Part shown: piece by piece, positions 37,942-51,277 of the stretch | How the letters are laid out: every line of letters starts with the position of its first letter | How positions within the stretch are numbered: position 1 is the first letter of the stretch | Assembly (NCBI RefSeq): GCF_018350175.1 | Contig: NC_058383.1 | Location: forward strand, 17,052,001-17,116,000 | Length of the DNA: 64,000 nucleotides | Reading direction: 5' to 3' | From: Felis catus | Taxonomy: Eukaryota | Position numbers and translations under genes: made by a program | The notes under the pieces: model-generated | Database searches by the model: none | Seen by the model: only the letters and a program-made list of their open reading frames with translations | Told to the model about the DNA's origin: nothing

Positions 37942-39610
37942 CAGCATCCTTTCTTAATAAAAACCCTTGAGAAAGTCGGGATAGAAGGAACTTACGTAAA
38001 CATCATAAAAGCCATTTATGAAAAGCCCACAGCTAATATCATCTTCAATGGGGAAAAACTGAGAGCTTTCCCCATGAGATCAGGAACATGACAGGGATGT
38101 CCACTCTCACCGCTGCTGTTTAACACAGTGTTGGGAGTGCTAGCATCAGCAATCAGACAACAAAAGGAAAACAAAGTCATCAAAATGGGCAAGGATGAAG
38201 TCAAGCTTTCACTTTTGGCAGATGACATGATAGTATACATGGAAAACCTGACAGATGCCATAAAAAGTCTACTAGAACTGATACATGAATTCAGCCAAGT
38301 CGCAGGATACAAAATCAATGCACAGAATCAGTTACATTCTTATACACTAATAATGAAGCAACAGAAAGACAAATAAAGAAACATCCCATTCACAACTGCA
38401 CCAAGAAGCATAAAATACCTAGGAATAAATCTAACCAAAGATGTAAAAGATCTGTATGCTGAAAACTATAGAAAGCTTATGAAGGAAATTGAAGAAGACA
38501 CAAAGAAATGGAAAAACATTCATGCTCATGGATTGGAAGAATAAATATTGTTAAAATGTCAATACTACCCAAAGCTATCTACACATTCAATGCAATCCCA
38601 ATCAAAATTGCACCAGCATTCTTCTCGAAACTAGAACAAGCAATCCTAAAATTCATATGGAACCACAAAACACCCCGAGTAGCCAAGGTAATTCTGAAGA
38701 AGACCAAAGCAGGAGGCATCACAATCCCAGACTTTAGCCTCTACTACAAAGCTGTAATGATCAAGACAGCATGGTATTGGCGCAAAAACAGACACATAGA
38801 CCAATGGAATAGAATAGAAACCCCAGAACTAGACCCACAAACGTATGGCCAACTAATCTTTAGCAAAGCAGGAAAGAACATCCAACGGAAAAAAGACAGT
38901 GTCTTTAACAAATGGTGCTGGGAGAACTGGACAGCAACATGCAGAAGATTGAAACTAGACCACTTTCTCACACCATTCACAAAAATAAACTCAAAATGGA
39001 TAAAGGACCTGAATGTGAGACAGGAAACCATCAAAACCTTAGAGGAAAAAACAGGAAAAGACCTCTCTGACCTCAGCCGTAGCAATCTCTTACTCGACAC
39101 ATCCCCAAAGGCAAGGGAATTAAAAGAAAAAATGAACTATTGGGACCTCATGAAGATAAAAAGCTTCTGCACAGCAAAGGAAACAATCAACAAAACTAAA
39201 AGGCAACCAACGGAATGGGAAAAGATATTTGCAAATGACATATCAGACAAAGGGTTAGTATCCAAAATCTCTAAAGAGCTCACCAAACTCTCCACCCAAA
39301 AAACAAATAATCCAGTGAAGAAATGGGCAGAAAAGATGAATAGACACTTCTCTAAAGAAGATATCCAGATGGCCAATAGGCACATGAAAAGATGCTCAAT
39401 GTCGCTCCTCATCAGGGAAATACAAATCAAAACCACACTCAGATACCATCTCACGCCAGTCAGAGTGGCTAAAATGAACAAATCAGGAGACTATAGATGC
39501 TGGAGAGGATGTGGACAAATGGGAACCCTCTTGCACTGTTGGTGGGAATGCAAACGGGTGCAGCCATTCTGGGAAACAGTGTGGAGGTTCCTCAAAAAAT
39601 TAAAAATAGA

Positions 39611-39825
39611 GGGGCGCCTGGGTGGCTCAGTCAGTTGAGTGTCCGACTTCAGCTCAGGTCACGATCTCGCGGTCCGTGAGTTCGAGCCCCGAGTCGGGCT
39701 CTGGGCTGATGTCTCAGAGCCTGGAGCCTGCTTCCGATTCTGTGTCTCCCCCTCTCTCTGCCACTCCCCCGTTCATGCTCTGTCTCTCTCTGTCTCAAAA
39801 ATAAATAAAACATTTAAAAAAATAA
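39611..39825 (+). mobile_element. Can-SINE nested in L1
   Basis: TSD aaaaaattaaaaataga (39594-39610 / 39826-39842). Confidence 0.95.
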
Positions 39826-40404
39826 AAAAAATTAAAAATAGATCTACCCTATGACCCAGCATTCGCACTGCTAGGAATTTACCCAAGGGATACAGGAGTG
39901 CTGATGCATAGGAGCACTTGTACCTCAATGTTTATAGCAGCACTTTCAACAATAGCCAAATTATGGAAAGAGCCTAAATGTCCATCAACCGATGAATGGA
40001 TAAAGAAATTATGGTTTATATACACAATGGAATACTACGTGGCAATGAGAAAGAATGAAATAGGGCCCTTTGTAGCAACGTGGATGGAACTGGAGAGTGT
40101 TATGCTAAGTGAAATAAGTCCTACAGAGAAAGACAGATACCATATGTTTTCACTCTCATGTGGATCCTGAGAAACTTACCAGAAGACCATGAGGGAGGGG
40201 AAGGATCAACAAAAAAAGAAAGGTTGGAGAGGGAAGGATCCAAACATAAGAGACTTTTAAAAACTGGGAACAAACTGAGGGTTGATGGGGGGTGGGAGGT
40301 TGGGGAGGGTGGGTAGTGGGTGTTGGCGAGGGCACCTGTTGGGACGAGCACTGGGTGTTGTATGGAAACCAATTTGACAATAAATTTCATATTAAAAAAA
40401 ACAA

Positions 40405-43228
40405 TAACTTTTCCTAAGCCTGTTGATTAGAACAAAATTCAGGCTTGCACACCAAAGCTGGATGAATGTGTTAATGATTATTACAATCAACTCCAAATTG
40501 TCTTTAAGCAAAATTCTGATCTTCTTTTAGATGTTGAATCCACCTAGGTAGCATTTAACTCTATGTTTATCAGAGGGTTAAGCTTTTCTCTTTTAGTTAA
40601 AGAGGAGCAGAATGGAATGGGAAGTAACCCACTCCAAATATACTTAATATGGCAAGGCAACTCACGCCCTACATGAGTCAACTAGAAGAAAGATTGCTAA
40701 AATTCTCAATGTTCAACTCCAGAAAATGAAGACCCTTGAACGAAACCAAATAGGCTTTCTGCTATTATTGAATTTAAAAAAAAGAGAGAGATTGTTACAA
40801 ATTTAAATGTTCCATGCATCCTCAGCCCTCTGGTCAGTCTTTCCAAAGCCCTCTGAATTGCCAGTGACATGGTCCAGGGAACTACAAGGGCTCTTCCCAA
40901 TCCTTCTTCTTAATCAGCTCAGAAAAAACACTTTTCAGATTGGTAATTAATCTCTCTCTGTCCTTATTGATATCAGACCTACACTCTCAGCGCTTAACAC
41001 CCCTGATATAAAGCAGTCCCTGTCTTGGAGCACTAAAACAGCTCAAATACTGGGGGTGTCTAATAAGCTTCAATAGTTTCCTGCCTCTGAGCATATTTTC
41101 TTTTATCTAGGTCCCTTGAGAGACACCCATCCTTTTTCTCCTTTGTTCTTATGCCCTTATTCATTTATCGGACCAAGATTTCTTAGAAAAGTATCATAGC
41201 AAAATCTCTCCCAAAAGGGGGAAATCATTCCAGAACTTGACAGTTGTAACCAAAGTAGCCAACTAGGGGAATTAAATGACCATTCGACATCTTTTGTTTG
41301 TTCTGTCTCTGACAGCACTATTGCTGAGTCTGCGGACACTGATTATTTATTCTTATTAGATCTGATACCATCCTCTTTATGCAAGAAAATCCTCAACTTA
41401 TATGGGCAGAATCTACACTGCATCTCCCATCAGGATGTAAATAGATCCTTTAAAGCCTCCTCCCATAATAATCAATACCTTATAAAGAAGTCCTTCAAGG
41501 CATCAAGCCCATTATAAAAGATTACAAAGCTCAGGGTCTAATTACCCCTTCCAATGGTCCCTGCAACACCTCTGTTTTCCCTGTGAGAAAACCCAATGGC
41601 CACGGATGGAGGTTTCTCCAAGACCTCTGAGCAATAAATACAAATAACCACAGTTATCCCCCAGTACCCTAAAGTTCATAACCCCCATGTGCTAACATCC
41701 ATTCCCACTGAGAGCAAACTCTTCACTATAATTGTTTTATGCAGTGCATTTTTAGTATTCCAGTTGATAAAGATAACCAATATATTTTTTGTCTTTTACA
41801 GGAAAGAACAGAAATACACCTGGACAATAATGCCCTGGGGATTCACAGAGAGTCCTTCCCACCTTTACAAATCTTAAAAGCTGATTTAGATGATATAAAG
41901 TCTTCTACAGGCTCTAATTTATTACGGTATACAGATGATTTGCTTCTCCCTTCCCCTTCCTCAAACCTCTTCACAGAAAAGTTCTTGGCCTTAAAGGACA
42001 CAAAGTCTGCAAAGAAAGATTACAGTTTACTCAGTCTCAGGTTAGATACTTAGGGAATTGGATCTCAAAACAAGGACTGCATTTGATCCAGAAGAAACTC
42101 CTCACAACTGCTTAATACCGGCAGGTTACCTTTTCAATCCCAATGAAAATTTACAGATAACTCCTCTAACCAATACACGTTGTTCATAGTTTCCTGATGG
42201 TTCTTATTTAAAGGATAAAAATGGTAAATATTGTCCTGGGTATGCTATTGCAACTCTCTTTGAAGTCATTGCAGTCATTGCAGCACTTTTACCTTTGGCT
42301 ATTACAGCTGAATTATACACCCTTACTCAAGCTTATACTTTAGCCAAGGATAAAACCACAAATATTTATACTGATAGTCAGTATGCCTCTGGAGTAGCTC
42401 ATGATTTTCAAATATTATAGAAACAATGAGGTTTCCTTACCCCCAATGGGGATAAGATTTAAAATGGCTCCTATGTACAACATTTATTAGATGTCATACT
42501 TTTGCATGTGGCTCTAGCTGTTATTAAGGTTCTGGGGTATTCCAGACTCAACTCCATAGATGCCAACAGAAGCCACCTCACTGATATATGTACCAAAAAT
42601 GCTGCTTATAATGAGACCAATAGCCAAATCTCTGTCATGTTCCAAAGGGATGTTCTCCCAAATGATAAGTTTTGGGAAAATTGACCAGAAAAAAATTGGG
42701 GAAACATGACCACAGAAAAGGAGAAGCAATATTGGAAATTTATTAATTATTGGTTTGATAAAAAGAGAGAAAGAGAACTCTGGTTTCGGCCAAATAACAA
42801 TCTGGTCATTCCAGTAATTCTAAAATTCTCAATACTTGTAATTGTAACATGCATTAAGCCATTGGTGTACTGACAAAATGACAGCATTCGTGGACCCATA
42901 TTGGTGGAGAACAGTTAATAAGACCATAAGAAGGGCCTACCTTACTTGTCCCACTTGTCCAAAGTATAATCCAGGAAAAGCTGTTCATATGGATGGATTT
43001 CATACAACTTCTCCATCTCGTAGTTTGTATGTTTTCTCACTGGACCAAATCTTTTCCTTCGTGGATAGGCTTGCATCTCTTCCGTGGCTAAAATTCTGTT
43101 AGAAAAGATTATTCCTACCTGGGGAACCCCTCTAAAACTTCATGGTGATCAGGGAACCCATTTTACCGGTCAGGGGGTTTGACAAGTTTGTGCTGTTTGG
43201 CCAGTTTTACAACACTTTCACTGTGCAG
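40405..43228 (+). pseudogene. Class I ERV gag-pro-pol remnant
   Basis: Degenerate RT (PCNTSVFPVRKPNGHGWRFLQDL, YTWTIMPWGFTESP, LLRYTDDLLL), RNase H (AELYTLTQA, NIYTDSQYA) and integrase (CPTCPKYNPGK, GDQGTHFTG); many stops and frameshifts. Confidence 0.85.
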
Positions 43229-43885
43229 TGATAAAGGTATCTTCTGTTACATTGCTGAGGTGACTTTGAAAATCACCTAAGGGTAGGGGCTAGTTGCCAG
43301 TAGGTACAACAATGTGTTCGGAACCTTCAGGTCCACCCTGAAATAACAACATCCCGGGAAGGAAGAGGGGCTAGGGTTAAACCAATCACCAACAGCCAAT
43401 GATTTGATCATGCCTATGTAACGATGCCTCCAGAAAAACCCAAAGGGATGGGTTTGGAGAGCTTCTGGTTGGTAAACACACAGAAATTTAGGGAGAGTGA
43501 TGAAGTTGGAGGTGGCACAGAAGCTCTCACCTTTTCCCAAACCTTACCACGTGTATTTCTCCTGTCTCACTATTCTTCTTTATATCTTTTATAATAAATT
43601 GGTTACCTGGAAAGTAAAATGTTTTTATGAGTTTTGTGATCTGCTCTAACAAATTAACCCAATGGGGGCGGGTTGCTGAAACCTCCAGTCTATAGTCTGT
43701 TGGTCAGAAGCACAAATGACAAACCGGACCTACAGTTGGCATCTGAAATGGCAGTAGAGGGCAGTCTTGTAGGACTGAATCCTTAATCTGTGGAATCTCC
43801 AGGTAGATAGTGTCAAATTGAGTTGAATTGTAGGGCACACAGTTGGTGTTGAAGAATTGCTCATTTGTGGGAAAACATCACACAC
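43229..43885 (+). mobile_element. LTR element (MER21-like)
   Basis: gccaatgattt..tcatgcctatgtaa, ggagagcttctggttggtaaacac, AATAAA and gagttgaattgtagg motifs. Confidence 0.55.
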
Positions 43886-44719
43886 AAACTTCATTGGGAT
43901 TGGGATGCTCAGAACCATTATAGCTGCACTTAAAAAAAAATTAAGCAACACATTTAATAATTTTTTCAAATCAGTGTGAAGGATGATGTGTTTCCCATCT
44001 TTCACCAGAATGACTTCTGCCTGCCTCAGTAATGGAAATCATGACCACAGGTCCACACAGCTTAATTTCCACATTTAGTGAGTATGTGTGTGTGTGTGGG
44101 GGGGGGGGGGGGGGGGTTGGTCCCTACTTTTTATTTGATTAAACAAGAAACTCCTGATGAAAATTATAAGTCAACAGGATAGTAGCATGTGTTGACAGCT
44201 GTGTATATTTCTATATTTTCAGATAAAATGTAAACCCTAAGTTATGGAGAAGTCTCTCAGATCACTTTCAGAATTTTCTTAGGCTTTAAGTCAATGAGAA
44301 TTCCAAAGAGAGAAGTTTGGGTGCTGAGATTCAAGGATAGTAGCAAATGGACTCCTAGCCCTGTCTTGGATTGCATTTGATCAAAGATTCTATGCTGTGC
44401 TGCACCATTTGGATGTGTGTTAAAATATGTCTAACAATGCATCACTTGTTTCTTTGTCTTTCTTTGATGAGTAAAGAACATCTTAAAGTCTGGGGGAAAG
44501 TTTGTAACACAATTTGGTCTTAAGAAATTCCCAAAGCCTGTCCTTAATATTTAAAATTGTGCTACTTTGGTCCTAGCGGGACAGGTTTAGTCTCTTTAAT
44601 ATGTGGAACAATATATTGCTAAGATGGAAGCTTGAAAAAACTACTTGAAATTTTAAAACTGGACCTACAAGTTATCTTCTGACTCTGATAAAATGCTTTA
44701 AACCGCGTTAATTTTTAAA

Positions 44720-45370
44720 TCCCATATGATTACAATGGAATACTACTCAGCAATAAAAAGGAAAGAAGTATTGATACCAACAACAATATGGACGAATCTC
44801 AAAATAAAATCTTGCCTTTTGCAACAACGTGGATGGAACTAGAGTGTATTGTGCTAAGCAAAGTAAGTCAGTCAGAGAAAGACAAATACCATGTGATTTC
44901 ACTCATATGTGGAATTTAAGAAACAAAACAGATCAACCTAAGGGAAGGAAGAAAAAATAAGATGAAACAGAGAAGGAGGCAAACCATAAGAGACTCTTAA
45001 ATACAGGGAACAAACTCAGGGTTGCTGGAGAGAAGGCGGGGAGGGGGGTATCTGCTAAATGGGTGACAGCATTAAGGAGGGAAGTTGTTGGGATGAGCAC
45101 TAGGTGTTATATGAGCGACGAATCACTGGGTTTTACTCCTAAAACCAATACTACACTGTACGTTAACTGACTTGAATATAAATAAATAAACAAATAAATA
45201 AAGGTAATTATCTTGAGTGAAAGAAGCCTAATGAAAAATAACAAATTCTATGTGATATGATGTATAGAAAATCTTTTTAAAATGCAAACTAACATATAGT
45301 AACAGAAATAAGATCAGTGGTTGCCTGAGGATGGAAGAGAGAGGATTAAAAAGAGGCACAAGGTGGCAAA
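44720..45370 (+). mobile_element. L1 3' fragments (carnivore L1 nested in older L1M)
   Basis: atggaatactactcagcaataaaaagg; gcaacaacgtggatggaactagag; A-rich tail at about 45180-45200. Confidence 0.75.
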
Positions 45371-45724
45371 ACTGGATACCCACATCTGAAAGCTTGAAGC
45401 TGGCCCCTTACCATTGCCTGAGTGGCCTTAAAAGGGGTGAACTTGATGGGGAGTGTGCTCTCAGAGCCAAAGATTGGCTGGAATAAATGAAGACCATGGT
45501 GCAAGGTCTTTTCCCCTTCTGACATACTATCATCCTTGGATTGTATTATATACTCAAATTTTGTCTGTCTATTGCTTTACAAACTAACCCTACTCAAGAA
45601 TATTTCTTTAGCTAGCCTTAAGAAGAAAAAATATTTTATTTAATAAACAAACATGTGCCCAGATGCAATGCCGAGGAGACAATTATTGTGTACCTTTATA
45701 ATTAGCTCAAAATGCCTCAAACAT

Positions 45725-47170
45725 GTACAAAAAATAACTCAAATGGCTCAAAGACCTAAGTGAGTTAGTTAACCTACAACACCCTTTGAAAATAGGAGAA
45801 GCTGGATTCCTGAAAAATTCATTACATTGGATTTGGCAATCATTTCATGGATATGACACCAAAAGAACAGACAACAACCACAACAAAAAAAATAGATAAA
45901 TTGAACTTCATCAAAATTAATTCTGTGCATTGAAGGACACCATCAACAGAGTGAAAAGATGGAATAGGAGAAAATATTTGCAAATCATATATCTGATAAG
46001 AGGTTAATATCCAGAATATCTAAAGAACTCTTACAGCTCAACAGCAATAACCACAATTTTTTAATGGGCAAAAGACATTAAATAAATATACATATATAAT
46101 ATATTTATAATGTATATATTTAATATAATATATAATATAAATATATTTAAATATATTTAGTATTTATAATATATAAATATATATTATATATTTAATAAAT
46201 TTAAATATGTTTAAATATATTAAATTTTATATTATATTATATAATTTATATATAATATAATATATATTCCAAAGATATACAGATGGCTATAATATATATA
46301 TTATATTATATTATATTATATTATATTATATTATATTATATATATTCCAAAGATATACAGATGGCTAACAAACACATGAAAAGATGTTCAGCATCACTAA
46401 TCATTAGGGAAATGCAAATCAAAGCCACAATGAAAAACCACCTCACAACCATTAGGATGAACATTGTCTTTTTTAAAATATAAAATAACAAGTTTGGGGA
46501 AGGATATGGAAAAGTTACAGCCCATGGGCACTATTAATGAAAATGTAAAGTGGTGTGGCTTCTATGGAAAGCGGTTTGGTGGTTCCTCAAATAATTAAAA
46601 ATAGAATTGCCATATGACATAGGAATTCTACTTCTGCTATGTACCCAGAAGGTACTGAAAGCAGAATCTTGAAGAGATATTTGTACACTCATGTTCATAG
46701 AGATATTATTCACAATAGCCAAAGGATAGAAGCAATCCAAGTGTCCATCAATGGATAAATAAAATGCTAATGAAATAGTGCTTATTCAGCCTGAAAAAGA
46801 AAGAAATTCTGACATATGCTATAATGTGGATGAAACTTGAGGACGCTATGCTAAGTGAAATAAGCCAGGTACAGAAAGACAAACACTCTTTGATTCCACT
46901 TAGGTGAGGTACCTAAAATAGTCAAATTTATAGCGACACAAAGTAAGATGGTGGTTACTAAGAGCTGGGAGTTGATGGGAATAGGGAGTCATTGTCTGAT
47001 GGATATAGAGGTTCAGTTTTGCAAGACAAAAAGAGTTCTGGAGAAGGATGGGAGGAATGGTTGCACAAAAATGGGAATGTGCTTGATACTACTGAACTAT
47101 ACACGTAAAAATGATTAAGATGACACATTTCATCTTATGTGTACTTTACCACAATTTAAAATAAAAATAA
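45725..47170 (+). mobile_element. Older L1 3' portion
   Basis: ORF2 end remnant ([24 protein letters not shown]) and 3'UTR. Confidence 0.8.
46080..46345. repeat. AT-rich low-complexity / (TTATA)n expansion
   Basis: Direct reading; almost purely A/T. Confidence 0.9.
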
Positions 47171-47185
47171 AAATTCATGGGACTG

Positions 47186-47395
47186 GGGGCGCCTGGGTGG
47201 CTCCGTCGGTTGAGTGTCCGACTTCAGCTCAGGTCATGATCTCACGGTCTGTGAGTTCGAGCCCCGCGTCGGGCTCTGTGCTGACAGCTCAGAGCCTGGA
47301 GTCTGCTTCACATTCTGTGTCTCCCTCTCTCTCTGCCCCTCCCCCATTCATGCTCTGTCTCTCTCTGTCTCAAAAATAAATAAACATTAAAAAAA
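47186..47395 (+). mobile_element. Can-SINE
   Basis: ggggcgcctgggtggctc...; imperfect TSD aaaattcatgggactg / aaaattcaaaggactg. Confidence 0.93.
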
Positions 47396-48199
47396 AAATT
47401 CAAAGGACTGTATTTCTCCCTAACATTACTTTAGTGTGAAAGGAGTCTCCTACTAACGTATATTTCCATACAGCACTGCAAAGATGAACACCAAGAGGCC
47501 ATGATTTTGTCAGATTTAAAATTTTCTCTCTCTCCTTCAGCACTTAATCAAGGTTAAAAGGTATATTGTTACAAACTGCACCATCCGCAACAAATAAAGT
47601 ATATGTAGACCAACCTCTTTAGGGAAATGCTCCATCAGCAGCGATCCCACCCAGTTTTCTGCCACTCACAGGGTGAGCATTAATTGCAAACAAACAACCA
47701 AACCTCATTTTCTGTTACTTGGGTTTTCAGCAATAAACAAAAATCCATCAAGCACATCTCCCTCATATATGCACTGCAAAGAGCCTAGGGCTGATTCAGA
47801 CTTTCAACATCATTGATTTAATCCAAGTATAAAGTGGTGTCTTTATTCTGCCACACATGATTTAGTCATTTATATTCCACCATATACTTCTGAGACTATA
47901 CAATGTCCAAGCTGTTCCTTGGTAAAGGGATTTTGGCCTTACCTTATTCTTCAGGCATAACATTTGCCAAAAGCTCAGGGTAGCCTATTCAATAGCCATC
48001 AGTCCTGCTATTTCTTCCTGGCTAGCACAATTACTTCTGTTATTAGGCTTCTAAAAGGCAGGTGACTACTCTCTCAGCACTCATGTAACCTAGGGATGGA
48101 ACTTACTTGAATCAAGGTCCACAGGACCTAAGGGGGAATCTGAGGATCTACGGAAAAGATTTATTTCCCTAATAATAAAGATGAGAGGAGAAACTGCAT

Positions 48200-48405
48200 G
48201 GGTTTTCAAACTTGGGAATCGCCAGGATGAACTCTCAAAATTGCCCCTGTGCACAACAGAGGGTCAGGAGAGACTGAAGAAAGAGGTAGGCTGCTCCAGA
48301 CTGGTAGGTGGCAGGGTTAATAAGCAAGAGATTGTTTTGGCAGCCACAGGACAAGTATATCTCCACACCCACCTGCCATGATTTAAGAGTTTGTGTACAG
48401 AGGAG
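48200..48405 (-). mobile_element. LTR fragment related to the 24670 and 53377 LTRs
   Basis: Reverse complement cttattaaccctgccacctaccagtctggagcagcctacctctttcttcag aligns with 24954-25003. Confidence 0.65.
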
Positions 48406-48844
48406 GGAGTGAAGATGGAGGAGTTGTATGGGGACTCTGAGTTTGTCTTGTCCCTGAAACATGGCTGGATCAGCATCAAACCATTTTGAACACTTAGGAA
48501 ACTTATCCGAGGATTAACACAACAATCTTGCATAATTTGAGTCACAGAACTTGACAGGTATGTGGTGTGAAGGGTGAGTTGGGGGAGAGAAATGCCACAA
48601 AGATGCGGAGGGTAGGGAGCTGTTTTTTCAGAGAGAGGATGAGACAGAAAGAGAAAGAGGGGGAATGCAGTGTATCAGGATCGTGCAAGAACATCACTCC
48701 ACCCAATAGTACCTGGAGAGAAAGTGAGAAAGTAAGAGTGAAAGCACTTGCAGGGGACTGGACAAGAAGTATCCAGTGATGGGGATATAGGAGAGGGTTT
48801 CAATACCACCAGGTTTTGTTCTATTATCTATTATTGTTCTATAG

Positions 48845-50035
48845 GCAGTGGAGTGCAGAGTCTTCAGGTTCAGAGCTTAGTGCCTGGCAGTGCTCTGGTA
48901 AGGAAATAGGTTGAATCCCCAGGAGCAGGCAGTGTAGTCTGAGGGGTCCAAGTGCCACATGGGAAGTGATTAGAGTGCATTTGATAGAGGCCATACATCC
49001 TCCCCTTGGGCAAAGATCCTGGCGGACTCCTGAGAACGACCACGTTTGCTGATATTGGGACAAAGACGTCAGAGTGTGGCAAAACTTGGTGCCAGCTGTG
49101 TGTTGCGATTTGCCATGAACTCTGAACCTCTGCCACTGCACGATCATGCAAATATTTTCTGGGACAAGCTGGCACCTGGCCATTGCTCCACAAGACCCTC
49201 CCCCAGAGAATCAGCACGGGTCTAAGATGCGGGTGGCTCTAAATTGTGGGGTTTTGAAACACAGCCCCATCTGAGATAAAAGTCTGGAGGGAGGTGCCAC
49301 TTGGCAGGGAGACAGCTTGGACATGGAGAAGGTAGATGTGGGGAGTGGGTGGCGGTCTGAGACAAGCGAGGGGTGCTTGATCACAGAGCAGTGAGAGCAC
49401 AAAGTTCCTGTACCAGAGACTAGGGGCCTGAGTGAATCAAATTTCACCCTGAGCGCATGTGGGCACATGTGCACCCACATGTGTACTAGCACACACAGAT
49501 GCACCACAGTAGCTAAGCAGTGCCACCAAGTGGAAGATGGAGCTGTTACACCAAGTCCTTCCCAACTTCACCCTCTGAGCACATCCTCAGAAAACCAGCA
49601 CAAATCCCTCCCACCTGCTTAGTCTAAGAACTATAGTGTGCTTCAAAGTTTCAGTCCTAGGGGAAATTGGATGTAACTTCATTCAGGTCTCATTCTGTTT
49701 TTTTTTTTTAATAAAATTTATTGTGAAATTGGTTTCCATACAATACCCAGTGCTCATCCCAACAAGTGACCTCCTCAATGCCTGTCACCCACTTTCCCTC
49801 TCCCCCACCCCCCCATCAACCCTCAGTTTGTTTTCTGTATTTAAGAGTCTCTTATGGTTTGTAAATTCTGTTTTCTGGTTCATTTATTCATTTTCTTTAT
49901 TTCTGTTTTTGCTTAAATTGTTTTCTTTTTTCTTTCTCTTCTTTCTTTCTTGGATATGGAAAGAGCAAATTCTTTTTTATTTTTATAAAAATTTTTAAAT
50001 TTTTAAATTTTATTTTATTTCCTTTATTTTATTTT
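48845..50035 (+). mobile_element. L1 5'UTR fragment (with nested minus-strand L1 3' piece at about 49697-49860)
   Basis: 49080-49270 is reverse-complement similar to the L1 5' end at 20870-21120. Confidence 0.7.
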
Positions 50036-50039
50036 ATTC

Positions 50040-51277
50040 TTTTCTTTTTTTTTCTTTTCTTTTCTTTTCTTTTTTTTCAATATATGAAATTATTGTCAAA
50101 TTGGTTTCCATACAACACCCAGTGCTCATCCCAACAGGTGCCCTCCTCAATACCCATCACGCACCCACCCCTCCCTCCTACCCCCATCAACCCTCAGTTT
50201 GTTCTCAGTTTTTAGGAGTCTCTTATGGTTTGGCTCCTTCCCTCTCTCTCTTTTTTTTTTTTTTTCATTCACCTCTCCCATGGTCTTCGGTTAAGTTTCT
50301 CAGGATCCACATAAGAGTGAAGACATATGGTATCTGTCTTTCTCTGTATGACTTGTTTCACTTAGCATAACACTCGCCAGTTCCATCAACGTTGCTACAA
50401 AAGACCATATTTCATTCTTTCTCATGGCCACGCAGTATTCCATTGTGTATATAAACCACAATGTCTTTATCCATTCATCAGTTGATGGACATTTAGGCTC
50501 TTTCCATAATTTGGCTATTGTTGAAAGTACTGTTATGAACATTGGGGTACAAGTGTCCCCTATGCATCAGCAAGCCTGTATCCCTTGGGTAAATTCCTAG
50601 CAGTGCTATTGCTGGGTCATAGGGTAGATCTATGTTTAATTTTCTGAGGAACCTCCACACTGTTTTCCAGAGTGGAAACAGTTCCCATTTGTCCACATCT
50701 TCGCCAGTATCGTATTCTCCCGATTTGTTCATTTTAGCCACTCTGACTGGCGTGAGATGGTATCTGAGTGTGGTTTTGATTTGTATTTCCCTGATGAGGA
50801 GTGACGTTGAGCACCTTTTCATGTGCCTTTTGGCCATCTGGATGTCTTCTTTAGAGAAGTGTCTATTCATGTTTTCTGCCCATTTCTTCACTGGGTTATT
50901 TGTTTTTTGGGTGGGGAGTTTGGTGAGTTGTTTATAGATTTTGGATACTAGCCCTTTGTCCGATATGTCATTTGCAAATATCTTTTCTCATTCCGTTGGT
51001 TGCCTTTTAGTTTTGTTGATTGTTTCCTTTGTTGTGCAGAGCTTTTTATCTTATGAAATCCCAATAGTTCATTTTTGCTTTTAACTCCCTTTCCTTTGGG
51101 GATGTGTCAAGTAAGAAATTGCTGCAGCTGAGGCCAGAGAGGTTTTTTTCCTGCTTTCTCCTCTAGGGTTTTGATGGTTTCCTGTCTCACATTCAGGTCC
51201 TTTATCCATTTTGAATTTGTTTTTGTGAATGGTGTAAGAAAGTGGTCTAATTTCATCCTTCTGCATGTTGCTGTCCA
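50040..51277 (-). mobile_element. Young 5'-truncated L1
   Basis: ORF2 C-terminus ([19 protein letters not shown]...), 3'UTR and poly-T; very similar to 38930-40400. Confidence 0.92.

Larger units (their letters stand above)
33912..40400 (+). mobile_element. Full-length but disrupted L1 with three nested insertions
   Basis: 5'UTR from gggaggttcagaagatgg, ORF1 from about 34844, EN/RT remnants, 376-aa ORF2 C-terminal ORF (38508-39638), 3'UTR and poly-A. Confidence 0.93.

Noticed and set aside
38508..39638. Longest ORF (376 aa) as a novel gene or active L1
   Set aside because: It is the L1 ORF2 C-terminus ending in a SINE. Upstream ORF2 is broken by frameshifts, a deletion and nested inserts.
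40405..43228. Coding-competent ERV pol
   Set aside because: Numerous stops, frameshifts and deletions; only short motifs survive.
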